From contig OY729428.2 in NCBI GenBank assembly GCA_963422375.2, positions 384,001 through 448,000 of the forward strand: a stretch of DNA of 64,000 nucleotides, given 5' to 3'. This DNA comes from Bryobacterales bacterium. GTDB taxonomy: Bacteria; Acidobacteriota; Terriglobia; Bryobacterales; UBA6623. Each line of letters begins with the position of its first letter. The first letter of the stretch is position 1. A model generated the notes under the pieces. It did not search any database and was not told the DNA's origin. It saw only the letters and a program-made list of their open reading frames with translations. A program made the position numbers and the translations under genes. Shown piece by piece: positions 21,462-31,938 of this stretch.

Positions 21462-22322
21462 CTACGTGAGCGCGGCGGCGGCGGTCAGGTCGCGCCCCAA
21501 GATCGAGGGACACCAATAGCGCTCGATGTGCTCGATCACGAGCTCGGTCCCGCGAGCGTGATTCACGTAGGGCTCGTCCCGGGGATCGTACATGGCGTCA
21601 GTCAGGTCGCGAGCCAGCACCACGCTCTTGCCGAGCCGCACCTGCTGGCGGATGCCGAACGGGCGGCCCAAAACGCACATGTTGGCGTGGACGCCCATCA
21701 GGGCCACGCTCGAGATTCCCTTCCGCCCGAAGCAATTGAAAATCTCCTGGCCGTCGTCGCTGATGCCGTCCTCTGCGGCGATGTCGAGGCCGGGGTGCTG
21801 GCGGCTGTAGAAGCGCTTGCGCTCCCTGACAACCTCGTCGTCGCACGGATCCTTGTCCTGGATCGGCAGCGGGCCTTCGGACAGGGGATCCAAGTGGCAC
21901 CACTTGCCGATCGGGACCGGCGGCTCGGCATGCGGCGCGGCCTGCATGCGCTCGCGCTGGGGCAACCCGGCGTAGAAGTCCATGGTGCCGCTCGGCGCGT
22001 GGATTATGCATACGCCCAGTTCCCTAGCTCCGGCGACAACCCGGTTCATTTCGGGAATCATCGCCTCCAACCGACGCACCGAATTCCTGCAGTAGTGGTC
22101 GTCCCACATGTCGCAGATGATGACAGCGGTCTCGGACGCCTTCCAGAGCAGGTCCGTCTCGACCGGCTCTGCCGTGCCGCCCTCCGCTCGCGAGCGGGCG
22201 CCGAGCTTGAGGGTCGTGCCGTCGCGGGGGCCGGGCTTGAAGAGGCCGCGGAATGCCAGCGAGCCCGCGGCCCCGCCAAGAGCGCCCGCTACCAGCGCCT
22301 GCCTGCGATTGACGCCTGCCAT
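21462..22322 (-). CDS. Isochorismatase-like cysteine hydrolase with Tat signal
   Basis: NRRQAL, TAVIICDMWD, IIHAPS, MGVHANMCVLGRPFG, RDLTDAMY. Confidence 0.85.
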   Translation of the reverse strand: MAGVNRRQALVAGALGGAAGSLAFRGLFKPGPRDGTTLKLGARSRAEGGTAEPVETDLLWKASETAVIICDMWDDHYCRNSVRRLEAMIPEMNRVVAGARELGVCIIHAPSGTMDFYAGLPQRERMQAAPHAEPPVPIGKWCHLDPLSEGPLPIQDKDPCDDEVVRERKRFYSRQHPGLDIAAEDGISDDGQEIFNCFGRKGISSVALMGVHANMCVLGRPFGIRQQVRLGKSVVLARDLTDAMYDPRDEPYVNHARGTELVIEHIERYWCPSILGRDLTAAAALT

Positions 22323-22493
22323 GCCGATTGCTAGTCCATTCTACGCGCGCCGGCCCATCGACGGGAGGCCACCAGAGTACCGGCCCCGATCAGCCGCATG
22401 CGCCCCTTCGTCAAGGTCCCGCTTGAGAATCCGAACGGTTGCTAGGGCACCTCGCTCCGCGTTCCGGCAACGCGCCGTCGGCAGGGGCAACGG

Positions 22494-23849
22494 TCAGAGC
22501 AGTTCGAATACCTCGACGGCGGTCCGGATCTCGTCCCTCGGCAGCAGCGAAGCGTGATGAGCGACAGTCTGGCGCACTCTGGGCCGCCCGTCCCCGAATC
22601 CCGTCGCGGTAGGCGGGCCGTTCAGCACGAGCGGGATCATCTCGCGGCTGAAGCGCTCGACCGGCTCGCGCTCCGCGGCCCGGACGCCCATGCGGAGGAC
22701 CACTTCGGGCGGATCCGGGCTGGGTGCCGCCGCGGGCCCGTGGCAGGCGCCAGCGCCGAGGATCTCGGCGTGAACCTCCTGGAAGGGCAAGCCGAGGCCG
22801 TCCAGCCTCGCTTGGACCATCGCCGCGGCCGCGCGGGCCTTCTCGACCGCCTGGGGCCAGCTGTAGACCAGAGACCCCACCGCTTGGTACCCGGCCGCGT
22901 ACGTCAGGGATGTCTTGAGGGTAGGCGGGCGCGGGCCTCCGCGCACGCCTTCAACCGCCACCCGGTCGGGCCCGGCGTCGCGCAAGCGCAGGCTGGTGAA
23001 GTCGGCCCGGCAGTCGGGTGTGAGGTACGCCTTCGGATCGCCTAGCTCGTACAGCAGCTGCTCCTTGATCGAGGGCACCGTCACGCGGCCGCCGGTGCCC
23101 GGATGCTTCGTCACGACGAAGTCTCCGCTCTCGCGGGCCTCGACCACCGGGAATCCGATGTCCGCCATGTCCGGAACCGACTGCCAGCCCAGACAGAGAT
23201 TCCCTCCCGTGCACTGGGCGCCGCATTCGAGAATGTGGCCCGCCACCGTGCCCGCCGCGAGCCGGTCCCAGTCACGCTCTCCCCAGCCGAATTCGTGAAT
23301 CATGGGAGCGAGGGCCAGGGCCGTGTCGGTCGAGCGGCCCGCGATCACGACCCGCGCTCCGGTCGCGAGGGCCTCGGCCAGGGGGAACCCGCCGATGTAC
23401 ACATGCGCGCTGAGGAGGTGATCCCGGATCTCGCCCAACGCCCGGCCCGTGTCGATGTCGTCGAAGCGCACGCCGCGCGCCGCCATCGCGTCGATGGTCG
23501 GCCCGATGTCGTCTCCGAGGACCACCGCCACCTCGACTCCGCCAATGCCCGCGGCCGCGGCGCGATCGAGAATCGCCCGGGCGCAGGCCTCCGGATTCAC
23601 GCCGCCGGCGTTGGTCACGACCCTGACGTCGTCAGCTATCAGGCGCGGCAGCAGGGCGGCCACCAAGTCCGCGGCGTCCGTCGCGTACCCTCTGGTGGGA
23701 TCCCGTCGTCGCTGCTTCTCCAAGATCGACATCGTCACCTCGGAGAGATAGTCGAGCACCAAGTAGTCGACGGGCCCCCCCTCCACCAGGCGCCGGGGCG
23801 CCTCGAGCCAGTCGCCCCAGAAACCCTGGCCGTTCGCGATGCGGATCAA
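22494..23849 (-). CDS. Acyclic terpene utilisation AtuA family protein (DUF1446)
   Basis: IRIANGQGFWGD, DYLSEVTM, TNAGGVNP, GHILECGAQCTGGN, KEQLLYE, YLTPD; TTG start with a GGAGG RBS. Confidence 0.9.
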   Translation of the reverse strand: MIRIANGQGFWGDWLEAPRRLVEGGPVDYLVLDYLSEVTMSILEKQRRRDPTRGYATDAADLVAALLPRLIADDVRVVTNAGGVNPEACARAILDRAAAAGIGGVEVAVVLGDDIGPTIDAMAARGVRFDDIDTGRALGEIRDHLLSAHVYIGGFPLAEALATGARVVIAGRSTDTALALAPMIHEFGWGERDWDRLAAGTVAGHILECGAQCTGGNLCLGWQSVPDMADIGFPVVEARESGDFVVTKHPGTGGRVTVPSIKEQLLYELGDPKAYLTPDCRADFTSLRLRDAGPDRVAVEGVRGGPRPPTLKTSLTYAAGYQAVGSLVYSWPQAVEKARAAAAMVQARLDGLGLPFQEVHAEILGAGACHGPAAAPSPDPPEVVLRMGVRAAEREPVERFSREMIPLVLNGPPTATGFGDGRPRVRQTVAHHASLLPRDEIRTAVEVFELL

Positions 23850-23893
23850 CGGGCCCCTCCTTCGGCGTCGTTGCCAGGACTCTCCCCGCCGGT

Positions 23894-24514
23894 TCAGTGG
23901 CGGAGCCGGCCGTTCCCGCGAGCGAGCCTCTCGCGTTCCTCGCGCCTGGCCCTCTTGGCGACCACTCCCTGCAGGTAGCCGGTCAGCAGTTCGACCCGCT
24001 GGACCTCGCTGCGCGACGACAGCAGCCTCTGCTTGGTGTCCAGTTCCAGCGGCAAGCCCGCAGCGATCCGAAAGCTCAGCCAAGGATGGTTCGGATTCCA
24101 GTCCTCCTGCGGGGAATCGGTAAGCCGACGCACCCGAGTCGCGACGTCGATCAGCGCCCCGACCGCGGACGAGCTGACCTGCGCCGGCGAGTCGTCAGCG
24201 AAGTACTCCACCGCGCCCTGGATGCACTCTTCGGACGAGTCGAGCATTCGGATCAGGAATCGGCGCGACCCGGCAGCTCGAATGTTGAACCGTCCGTCGT
24301 CGAACCGCTGGGTCACTTCCCGGACCGTCGCGGCACAGCCGACCTGCTCCAGCGAGTCTCCGCTCTGTCGGACGACGCCGAACTCGGTCCGGTCCGCGAG
24401 CGCGTTGGAAACCATCACCCGATAGCGAGGCTCGAAGATGTGGAGAGGCAGCACTTCCCCCGGCACGAGCACTAGATCGAGCGGGAACAGGGGCAGGAGG
24501 GCTTTCTCGGCCAT
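23894..24514 (-). CDS. Lon protease substrate-binding domain protein
   Basis: LPLFPL..VL.PG..LPLHIFEPRYR.M, KQRLL. Confidence 0.92.
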   Translation of the reverse strand: MAEKALLPLFPLDLVLVPGEVLPLHIFEPRYRVMVSNALADRTEFGVVRQSGDSLEQVGCAATVREVTQRFDDGRFNIRAAGSRRFLIRMLDSSEECIQGAVEYFADDSPAQVSSSAVGALIDVATRVRRLTDSPQEDWNPNHPWLSFRIAAGLPLELDTKQRLLSSRSEVQRVELLTGYLQGVVAKRARREERERLARGNGRLRH

Positions 24515-24785
24515 CGTTCAGTATGCATTCTCGCCGGAGCGCCGGACGGGGAATATTCGGATGCCCGGGGGACGCAGGCCCTTCGGCGCGGAAGAGCTCG
24601 TTGCGATCGGCCGGACGGCCAAATCCACCCTCTCGCGTTCCGCCGGGGCTCGGCGGGCCGCTCCCGCGGAGTCGCCCGGCAAGCGAGACAGGGCGACGCG
24701 AAGAGCGGATCCGGATCCGGCGCCCTTCAATCGGGTCGACCGTCGCGCTCTACACTACATCAAGGGCCGGGTCGACGGCAACGAC

Positions 24786-25568
24786 TTGCAACTCCAAGGC
24801 AAGACCGTCCTGATCACCGGAGCCTCGTCGGGCATCGGCCGCGCTTGCGCGCTGCGTTGCGCCCGGGACGGCGCCAAGCTCATCCTCGCTGGTCGCCGCC
24901 GCGAAGCGCTCGAGGAGGCCGCGAGGGAAGCGGGCGGGGCGACCGTGATGACGGCGGATCTCGGAACGCCGGAAGGACCCCCGGGACTTTGCGATCAGGT
25001 GCTCGGGACGGGACGCGCCATCGACGTGCTGGTCCACAGCGCCGGAGTGGGAATGTACGCCCCGTCGTTCGACAGCGAGCCGGAACCGGCCCGTGCGCTG
25101 CTCGCGCTGAATTTCCTCGCCCCGGTCGAGATCAACCGCAGGCTGCTGCCGCTCGTCCCTGCCGGGGGCTCGGTGGTCCTGGTGAGTTCCATCGCCGGCA
25201 AGATCTCGCTGCCGGGCATGGCCGTCTACTCCGCTTCGAAGCATGCCTTGAACGCCTACGCCAACGTTCTGCGCACCGAAATGCGCGGACGGGGCATCCA
25301 TGTGCTGAGCGCATGCCCCGGCTACGTCTCGACCCCCTTCACGAAGAATATGCTGCGAGGCGCCGCGCCTGCCGCTCTCCCGGGGCGGGAGCGATTCGGC
25401 ATCAGCGCGGAGCAATGCGCCGAGGCGATTCTCATGGGGGTTATCCGGCGCAAGCGCACCGTCGTCGTGCCTAGAGCCGGCTGGCTGCTCGTGGCGGCCG
25501 AGCGCCTGCTCCCCGCGACAGCGCACGCGCTCGCGGCACGGCACCTTGCCAGCCGGGGCGACGGGTGA
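24786..25568 (+). CDS. Short-chain dehydrogenase/reductase
   Basis: ITGASSGIG, SAGVG, VSSIAG, YSASK, PGYVST. Confidence 0.93.
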   Translation: MQLQGKTVLITGASSGIGRACALRCARDGAKLILAGRRREALEEAAREAGGATVMTADLGTPEGPPGLCDQVLGTGRAIDVLVHSAGVGMYAPSFDSEPEPARALLALNFLAPVEINRRLLPLVPAGGSVVLVSSIAGKISLPGMAVYSASKHALNAYANVLRTEMRGRGIHVLSACPGYVSTPFTKNMLRGAAPAALPGRERFGISAEQCAEAILMGVIRRKRTVVVPRAGWLLVAAERLLPATAHALAARHLASRGDG

Positions 25569-26137
25569 CGCGGAACGCGCCGTCCGGCGGTCCGCGGGAA
25601 CGCCCCCGCCGACCGGGGGCGATCTTTCTGGCGGGCTTCATGGGCTGCGGGAAGTCCACCGTGGGCGCGGCCGTGGCACAGGCGCTGGGCTGGGCGTTCG
25701 TCGACCTGGACGAGGAGATCGAGCGGGCCGCCGACCGGTCGATCCCGGACCTCTTCCAAGGGGAAGGCGAGACCGGCTTCCGGGATCGCGAGCACGAGGC
25801 CCTGCGACGGCAGACCGCGCGATGCCTTGCAGGCGAGCGAGCGATCATCGCGCTGGGAGGCGGCACGTACGCCTATTCCAGAAACCGCGACCTGCTCAGG
25901 GAAACCGGCCTGACGGTCTGGCTGGACGCCCCCGGGGAGACGCTGTGGGTTCGCGTGCGGCGCTCGCCGCACCGCCCGCTCGCCCGCGACCGGGCCGAAT
26001 TCCTGCGTCTCCACGCGGCTCGCAGGGAGTCCTACGCGCAAGCGGACGTCCGGATCGACGCTTCGGGCGGGCCGCGGGCGGTGACGGGCGAGGTGCTGCG
26101 GCTACGATGGGTGCAGGGTCTGACCGGGGATGCCTGA
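25565..26137 (+). CDS. aroK: Shikimate kinase
   Basis: GFMGCGKSTVG, FVDLD, GETGFR, ALGGG, RPL. Confidence 0.95.
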   Translation: MTRNAPSGGPRERPRRPGAIFLAGFMGCGKSTVGAAVAQALGWAFVDLDEEIERAADRSIPDLFQGEGETGFRDREHEALRRQTARCLAGERAIIALGGGTYAYSRNRDLLRETGLTVWLDAPGETLWVRVRRSPHRPLARDRAEFLRLHAARRESYAQADVRIDASGGPRAVTGEVLRLRWVQGLTGDA

Positions 26138-26816
26138 TCCCGTCATCCGAGCCGAAGGGCTCGGGAAGACGTTCCGCTCGGGCAGGCAGGCGCTGACCAT
26201 CTTCTCCGGGCTCACGTTCCAAATCAACCAAGGCGAGAGCGTCGCCCTCGTGGGCGAGTCCGGAGCGGGCAAGTCCACCCTTCTGCACATGCTGGGGGGG
26301 CTCGAGAAGCCCTCGACCGGCAGCATCTATTTTCGAGGCACGGGGCTCGGCTCCCTGAGCGAGACCCGCCTCGCAGCCTACCGGAACCGCGACATAGGCT
26401 ACGTCTGGCAGGGCTGCCACCTGCTGCCCGAATTCACGGCCCTCGAGAACGTGGCGCTGCCCCTGCGGATTCACGGCGCGCCGGAGGCGGCGAGCTTGGA
26501 AGCGGCCGAGCGCCTGCTCGGGCGCGTTGGCCTTGCCAAGCGCGTCGACCACCAGCCGGGCGAGATGTCCGGCGGGGAGCAGCAGCGCGTCGCCATCGCC
26601 CGCGCCCTGGTGTCCGAGCCGCTGCTGCTGCTGGCCGACGAGCCGACCGGCAATCTCGACGAGCGCACCGGCGCGGGGGTCATGCGCGTGCTGCTCGACC
26701 TGGTGCGCGCCGACGGCTTGGCGATCCTGCTCGCGACGCACAACCCGGCATTCGCCGCGCTTTGCGACCGGATCTTCCGCTTCGAGCACGGACAGCTGCG
26801 CCAGGCGGGCCGCTAG
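26130..26816 (+). CDS. lolD: LolD-like ABC transporter ATP-binding protein
   Basis: GESGAGKST, HLLPEFTALENV, MSGGEQQRVAIARAL, ADEPTGNLD, ATHN. Confidence 0.8.
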   Translation: MPDPVIRAEGLGKTFRSGRQALTIFSGLTFQINQGESVALVGESGAGKSTLLHMLGGLEKPSTGSIYFRGTGLGSLSETRLAAYRNRDIGYVWQGCHLLPEFTALENVALPLRIHGAPEAASLEAAERLLGRVGLAKRVDHQPGEMSGGEQQRVAIARALVSEPLLLLADEPTGNLDERTGAGVMRVLLDLVRADGLAILLATHNPAFAALCDRIFRFEHGQLRQAGR

Positions 26817-26826
26817 CGCGCGCCGG

Positions 26827-29052
26827 TCAAGCGGAGGCCGCGCCGAGCGGGAGCTGGGGCGACGAATCCCCCGCGACGGACCGGATGCGCTCGCTCAGCT
26901 TGGACCAGCGCCGGGCGGTGGAGGCGTTCTGCACGGCCCGCCGGACGGCGCTCGGCTGGCCGACGACCACCACGAGCCGCTTGCCGCGCGTGATGCCCGT
27001 GTAGATCAGGTTCCGCTGCAGCATGACGAAGTGCTTGTTCATTATCGGCAGCACGACCGCCGGGTACTCCGATCCCTGGCTCTTGTGAATCGTCGTGGCA
27101 TAGGCGGGAACCAGAGAGTCGAGATCCCTGAGCGAATACTGGACCGCCCGACCGTCGAAGGAGACCTCGATCTGCTCCTCCTCGTGGTTGAGGGCGTCGA
27201 TGTAGCCGATGTCGCCGTTATAGACCTCCTTGTCGTAATCGTTCTCCACCTGCATGACCTTGTCGCCCTTGGCGAAGGTCCAGCCGTGCCGCTCGACCCT
27301 GTCGGGCCCGCTCGGGTTCAGCACCCTCTGGAGTTCCAGATTCAGCGCCTTCGCGCCGACGCCGCCGCGATTCATCGGGCACAGCACCTGGATTTCGCGG
27401 ATGGGATCGAGTCCGAAGCGCTTGGGGATGCGCGTCCGAACGAGCTCGATCATGCGCTGGACTGCCGTCTCGGGCTCTTCCGCACGCACGAAGTAGAAGT
27501 CGCTCTCGCCGTCCGGCTTCGCCATTTCGGGCATCTCGCCCCGGTTGACGCGGTGCGCGTTCAGCACGATGCGGCTCTCGGCGGCCTGCCGGAAGACTTC
27601 AACGAGCCGCGCCACGGGCACGACGCCGCTCTCGATCATGTCGGCAAGCACCTGGCCCGGCCCGACGGAGGGCAGCTGGTCGACATCGCCCACGGCCAGC
27701 AGCGCGGATTCCTCGGGCAGGGCTTTCACGAGCGAGTGCATCAGAGGCACGTCCACCATGGAGGTCTCGTCGATGACCAGCAGGTCGCACTCCAGCGGGT
27801 TGTCCGAGTTCCGCCGGAAGCCCCCGCGGACCGGGTCGAACTCCAGCAGGCGATGGATGGTCTTGGCCTCCATGTCCGCCGTCTCGCTCAAGCGTTTGGC
27901 GGCCCGGCCGGTTGGCGCGCAGAGACTGATCTCCATGCCCTTGGCGAGGAGAATCTTCAGGATCGCGTCGACGATCGTAGTTTTCCCCACGCCCGGCCCG
28001 CCGGTGATCACCATGACCTTGGAGCCGAGCGCGGCCCGCACCGCCTCGGCCTGGCTCGCGGCCAGGGAGAGACGCAGCCGGCGCTCGACCCAGGGAACGG
28101 CCCGTTGCGTCTCGATCGCCGGCCAAGGCAGCGCCCCTCTCAGCAGCGCGCCCAGCCCCTCGGCGATGCCCTGCTCGGCCCGGTACAAGCGCTTGAGGAA
28201 GACGCAAGTCCTAGCCCCGATGGTGTCCACGACGACGCTGCCCTGGTCGACCTCCGCCTGCAAGGCGGGCTCGATCAGTTCGAGGGGCACGTCAAGGATC
28301 TGGCGCGCCAGCTCCAGCAACTCCTCCCGGGGCAGGCCGCAATGACCCTCGCTCGTGGCTTCGCTCAGGGCGTGGCTGATTCCCGCTCGAATCCGCTTGG
28401 GGGACTCGCGCGCGATGCCCAGCTTGGCGGCGATGGCATCGGCGACGGCGAAACCGATGCCGCGGATGTCGCGAGCCAGCCGGTAGGGGTTCTCCGACAT
28501 CACCTCCAACGCATCGGCTCCATAGACCTTGTAGATCCGCGCGGCCCGCGCAGTGCCCACGCCGTGGCCGTGCAGGAACACCATGATTTCCCGCACGACC
28601 TTCTGCTCGTCCCAAGCGGCGCTGATCCGGCCGGCCCGCACGGGCCCGATCCCCGACACCTCTCTCAGTCGCTCCGGCTCGCTCTCGATAACGTCGAATA
28701 CCCTGTCGCCAAACTCCGCGACAAGCTTCCGCGCGTACACCGGCCCGATGCCGGGAATCGCTCCCGAACCTAGGTACTTCTCAATGCCCCCGCTCGAGTC
28801 CGGCGCCGAGGTCTTGATGTAGGACGCCTCGAACTGGAGGCCGTGGGCACGGTCGTTCAACCACTGACCCGACGCGGTGATCCATTCTCCGGGACTCACG
28901 GACGGCGTGCGCCCGACCACGGCCTGCGGCTCCCGGTGCCCCCGCGCCTGCACCTTGAGCACGCAGAAGCCATTCTCCTCGTTGTGGAAGACCACCCGCT
29001 CGACGAGACCGGAAAGCACCTCGCGATCGGGAGAGGACGTCTTCTTGATCAC
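26827..29052 (-). CDS. recD2: ATP-dependent RecD2-like DNA helicase
   Basis: VFHNEENGF, YLGSGAIPGIGP (HhH), NPYRLA, ITGGPGVGKT, IDETSM, VGDVDQLPSVGPG, TIHKSQGSEY, YTGITR. Confidence 0.95.
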   Translation of the reverse strand: MIKKTSSPDREVLSGLVERVVFHNEENGFCVLKVQARGHREPQAVVGRTPSVSPGEWITASGQWLNDRAHGLQFEASYIKTSAPDSSGGIEKYLGSGAIPGIGPVYARKLVAEFGDRVFDVIESEPERLREVSGIGPVRAGRISAAWDEQKVVREIMVFLHGHGVGTARAARIYKVYGADALEVMSENPYRLARDIRGIGFAVADAIAAKLGIARESPKRIRAGISHALSEATSEGHCGLPREELLELARQILDVPLELIEPALQAEVDQGSVVVDTIGARTCVFLKRLYRAEQGIAEGLGALLRGALPWPAIETQRAVPWVERRLRLSLAASQAEAVRAALGSKVMVITGGPGVGKTTIVDAILKILLAKGMEISLCAPTGRAAKRLSETADMEAKTIHRLLEFDPVRGGFRRNSDNPLECDLLVIDETSMVDVPLMHSLVKALPEESALLAVGDVDQLPSVGPGQVLADMIESGVVPVARLVEVFRQAAESRIVLNAHRVNRGEMPEMAKPDGESDFYFVRAEEPETAVQRMIELVRTRIPKRFGLDPIREIQVLCPMNRGGVGAKALNLELQRVLNPSGPDRVERHGWTFAKGDKVMQVENDYDKEVYNGDIGYIDALNHEEEQIEVSFDGRAVQYSLRDLDSLVPAYATTIHKSQGSEYPAVVLPIMNKHFVMLQRNLIYTGITRGKRLVVVVGQPSAVRRAVQNASTARRWSKLSERIRSVAGDSSPQLPLGAASA

Positions 29053-29279
29053 GGTGCCGGATCGTCGCGGCAGGCCTCCGGCCATGGACCGAGGGGCGGA
29101 AGCTTCCCAATCCGAGCCTAGCGCATGCGGTCCGAGAACGGGCCGGCCCCGCGCCATCGCCAGCCAACGGCGGACGGACGGAACCAAAGGCGGTGGCCGC
29201 GAGGCCTGATGCTGCCCTCGCCAGGGCTGTTCGGCAGGATCGCTTCCCTCGGGACCGGGTTCGCGCTCCAACGGCGGTT

Positions 29280-31938
29280 CAGCGATTCTCAATGGGGCAT
29301 TTGGGGATTTCCAGAGTGTCTGAGAAAGGTGTCGAAGGCAGTCTGGCACTTGACTTTTCCTTGCGGCATTTGTGAGCTAGGGTGCAGGCCCCATGTCCTG
29401 GACTCGCTGCCGAGCGCCTTCCGCGAGACGGTCGCAACAAGCGCTACGAGGTCAGCGACGCCGCCGGCTGCGCCCCGGCCTGCTTCTTCACCCGGTGCGA
29501 GTCGTTGCTCGCGTTCCAGCGGCGCATGGAGCGGGACGGCTCCCGCTCCAACTGCCGGACCCTGTTCGGCGCGGGCCGCATCCCCTGCGACAACCGGATC
29601 CGCAACTTGCTCGACCGGCCGCGATCCGGCCGCGTTCGACCCGCCGTTCCGGCCGTGCCTGGAAACCGTGGCCGCGCAGGGCGCGCTCGAGCCCTTCCAG
29701 CGCCTCGACGAGCGCCTGCCGGCGGCTCCGGACGGCGTCCGGTTCCACCGCTCCGACACGGTGCGTTGCCCGCACTGCCCGCAGTGCTCGGTGCGGCACC
29801 TTGGCAGCGAGCGCCGGCCGCATCACTTCCACGCCATGGTCGCGGCCACCGCGGTAGCCGACGGCCACGCCACCGTCCTGCCGCTGATGCCCGAGTTCGT
29901 GCGCCCGCAGCAGGACGCGGCCGCGACCCGCGCCGACATGAGCGAGGACGAGCGCAAGCGGGACTGCGAGCGCAACGCCGCCAAGCGCTGGATCGCCGCT
30001 CACGGCGCCTGGCTGCAGGCCTGCCGCCCCGTCCTGCCGGGCGACGACCTGTACTGCTGCCAGCCGGCCTGCGAGGCCGCCGCGGCGGCCGGCATGGACT
30101 GCATCCGGGTACCTGATTACCAACGAACGTCAGCCGAGGATATGCTATCCTGGAGGAGGTCGGAAATCTCTGATAGGAAAGGGGATAGCAGATGAAACGC
30201 AATCGCGTGCAATGCCAGAAGGGACTCAGTCCGGGCAAGTTCCTGCAGCGCTACGGCAGCGAGGGGCCATGCGAGCAGGCCGTCTTCAAGGCCCGCCGGC
30301 CGGACGGCTTCCGCTGCCCGGAGTGCGGCTCCCGACGGCACTGCCGCATCCGCTCCCGCAAGCTCTGGCAGTGCCATGCCTGCCACCGCCGGACCTCCCT
30401 CGTCGCCGGCACGATCTTCGCCGCCACCAAGCTGCCGCTGACCGTCCGGTTCCTGGCGATCCACCTGCTGACGCAGGGCCAGCACGGCGTTTCGTCGCTG
30501 GAACTGGCGCGGCAGCTGGGCGTGAGCCGGAACACGGCTTGGAAGATGAAGCACAAGCTCTTGCAAGTGATGAAGGAGCGCGACGAGCGCGTGCCGCCGG
30601 GCGGCATCGTGCAGGTGGACGACGCCTACTGGGGCCTGCTGGGGCGGGGAGCGGACCGGCGGCAAGCGCGGTCGCGGCGCGGCGGGCCAGACGCCGTTCG
30701 TCGCCGCCGTGCAGGTCACCCAGGTCACCGCCGACGGCAAGCCGGCAAGGATGCGCCTGAGCAGCGTGGCGGGCTTCCGCAAGAAGACGCTGGCAGCATG
30801 GGCCGGACGGCACTTGCAGCCCGGCACGGAGGTGCATTCCGACGGCCCGGCCTGCTTCCGGGGCGTGGCCGACGCCGGCTGCGAGCACGTGCCGACCGTC
30901 ACCGCAGGCGGGCAGCGGAGCTGCGGGGATTCCCGCTTCTTCCGGGTCAGCACGATGCTGGGGAACGTCAAGCAGTCCCTGGCGGGAACCTGCCATGCGC
31001 TCGACGGCAAGCACCTGCCGCGGTACCTCGCCGAGTTCCGCTACCGCTTCAACCGCCGCTACGATCCGGAGGCGCTGGTCCCCCGCCTGCTCCACGCCTC
31101 CGTGCGCACCCCGCCCAGGCCTTACCGCCTCCTAACCTTGGCTGAGTCTTGTGGGTAATCAGGTCCGAATATGCAAGCCCGGATCCCACAGGCGCTTGCA
31201 CGAGGTGCCGGAGAGCCGACGGGCGAGCGGCGCGGTGCGCTCGACCGGCTGGCTGCCGCGGCGCGGGAAGGGCAAGCGGTCCGAGCGGCACCGTTTCCGC
31301 CGGACGGCCGCGGTGCCCCTGCGCCAGGGCCGCGACGCCCTGCGGGGCACTTGGCTCGAGTACGCCGTGGAGCGCGACGGCAAGCGCGCCTGCGCCAGCA
31401 GCTTCTTCACCGGTCTCGCGGTCAGCGCGGACAACGCGGAGCGGATCGCGCGGGCCGGCCGGGCGCGCTGGAAGATCGAGAACGAGGGCTTCACGAGGGC
31501 TTCAACTGCCTGGCGCGGCACGGCCGCAACTTCAAGCGCAACTTCGGGCACGGCAAGGACGGGCCGGCCAACGTGCCGGCCGTGCCGAACCCGTTCGCCT
31601 TCGCGCTCCACGCCGTGGTGCAGCGCGTCTGCGCGCTGCGGCAGCAGTGCCGGCGCAAGCTGGTCACGCGCCGCGCCCTGTTCCGGGAGCTGCAGGTCGC
31701 GCTGCGCCGGTTCCGCTTCCCGGACTGGCCGACCGTCGCAGCCGGCTACCGCCGGAGTGCGTCCGGCCGCGGGCTCGGCACTCGGCCGACCCGCGACGCG
31801 GGCCGCGCCACGGCCCTGCCCGCCGTCCGACCCTCCCGCGGGGCGGCCTCGGGAGCGCAACCTCTCGGTCAACTGATTCACCTCATCCTCCGAAACAACG
31901 TTCACGCACCCCCTTGACGGCCAAATTTAGAACCGCTG
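29280..31938 (+). mobile_element. ISNCY-like DDE insertion sequence, copy 1 (degenerate, interrupted by IS1595 copy B)
   Basis: Ends cagcgattctcaat / (reverse complement) cagcggttctaaat; 9-bp TSD ACGGCGGTT at 29271-29279 and 31939-31947; transposase motifs VLPLMPEF, DCERNAAKRW, GDDLY, GRARWKIENEGF, NFGHG. Confidence 0.9.
30112..31163 (+). mobile_element. IS1595-family insertion sequence, copy B (1052 bp), nested
   Basis: Near-identical to 12915-13966 including the frameshift. Flanks TCCGGGTA / TCCGAATA match at 6 of 8 positions. The empty site is seen in the copy at about 57475-57495. Confidence 0.95.

Noticed and set aside
12915..31163. Composite transposon bounded by IS1595 copies A and B
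   Set aside because: Each copy has its own TSD, so they are independent insertions; the cargo is housekeeping genes.
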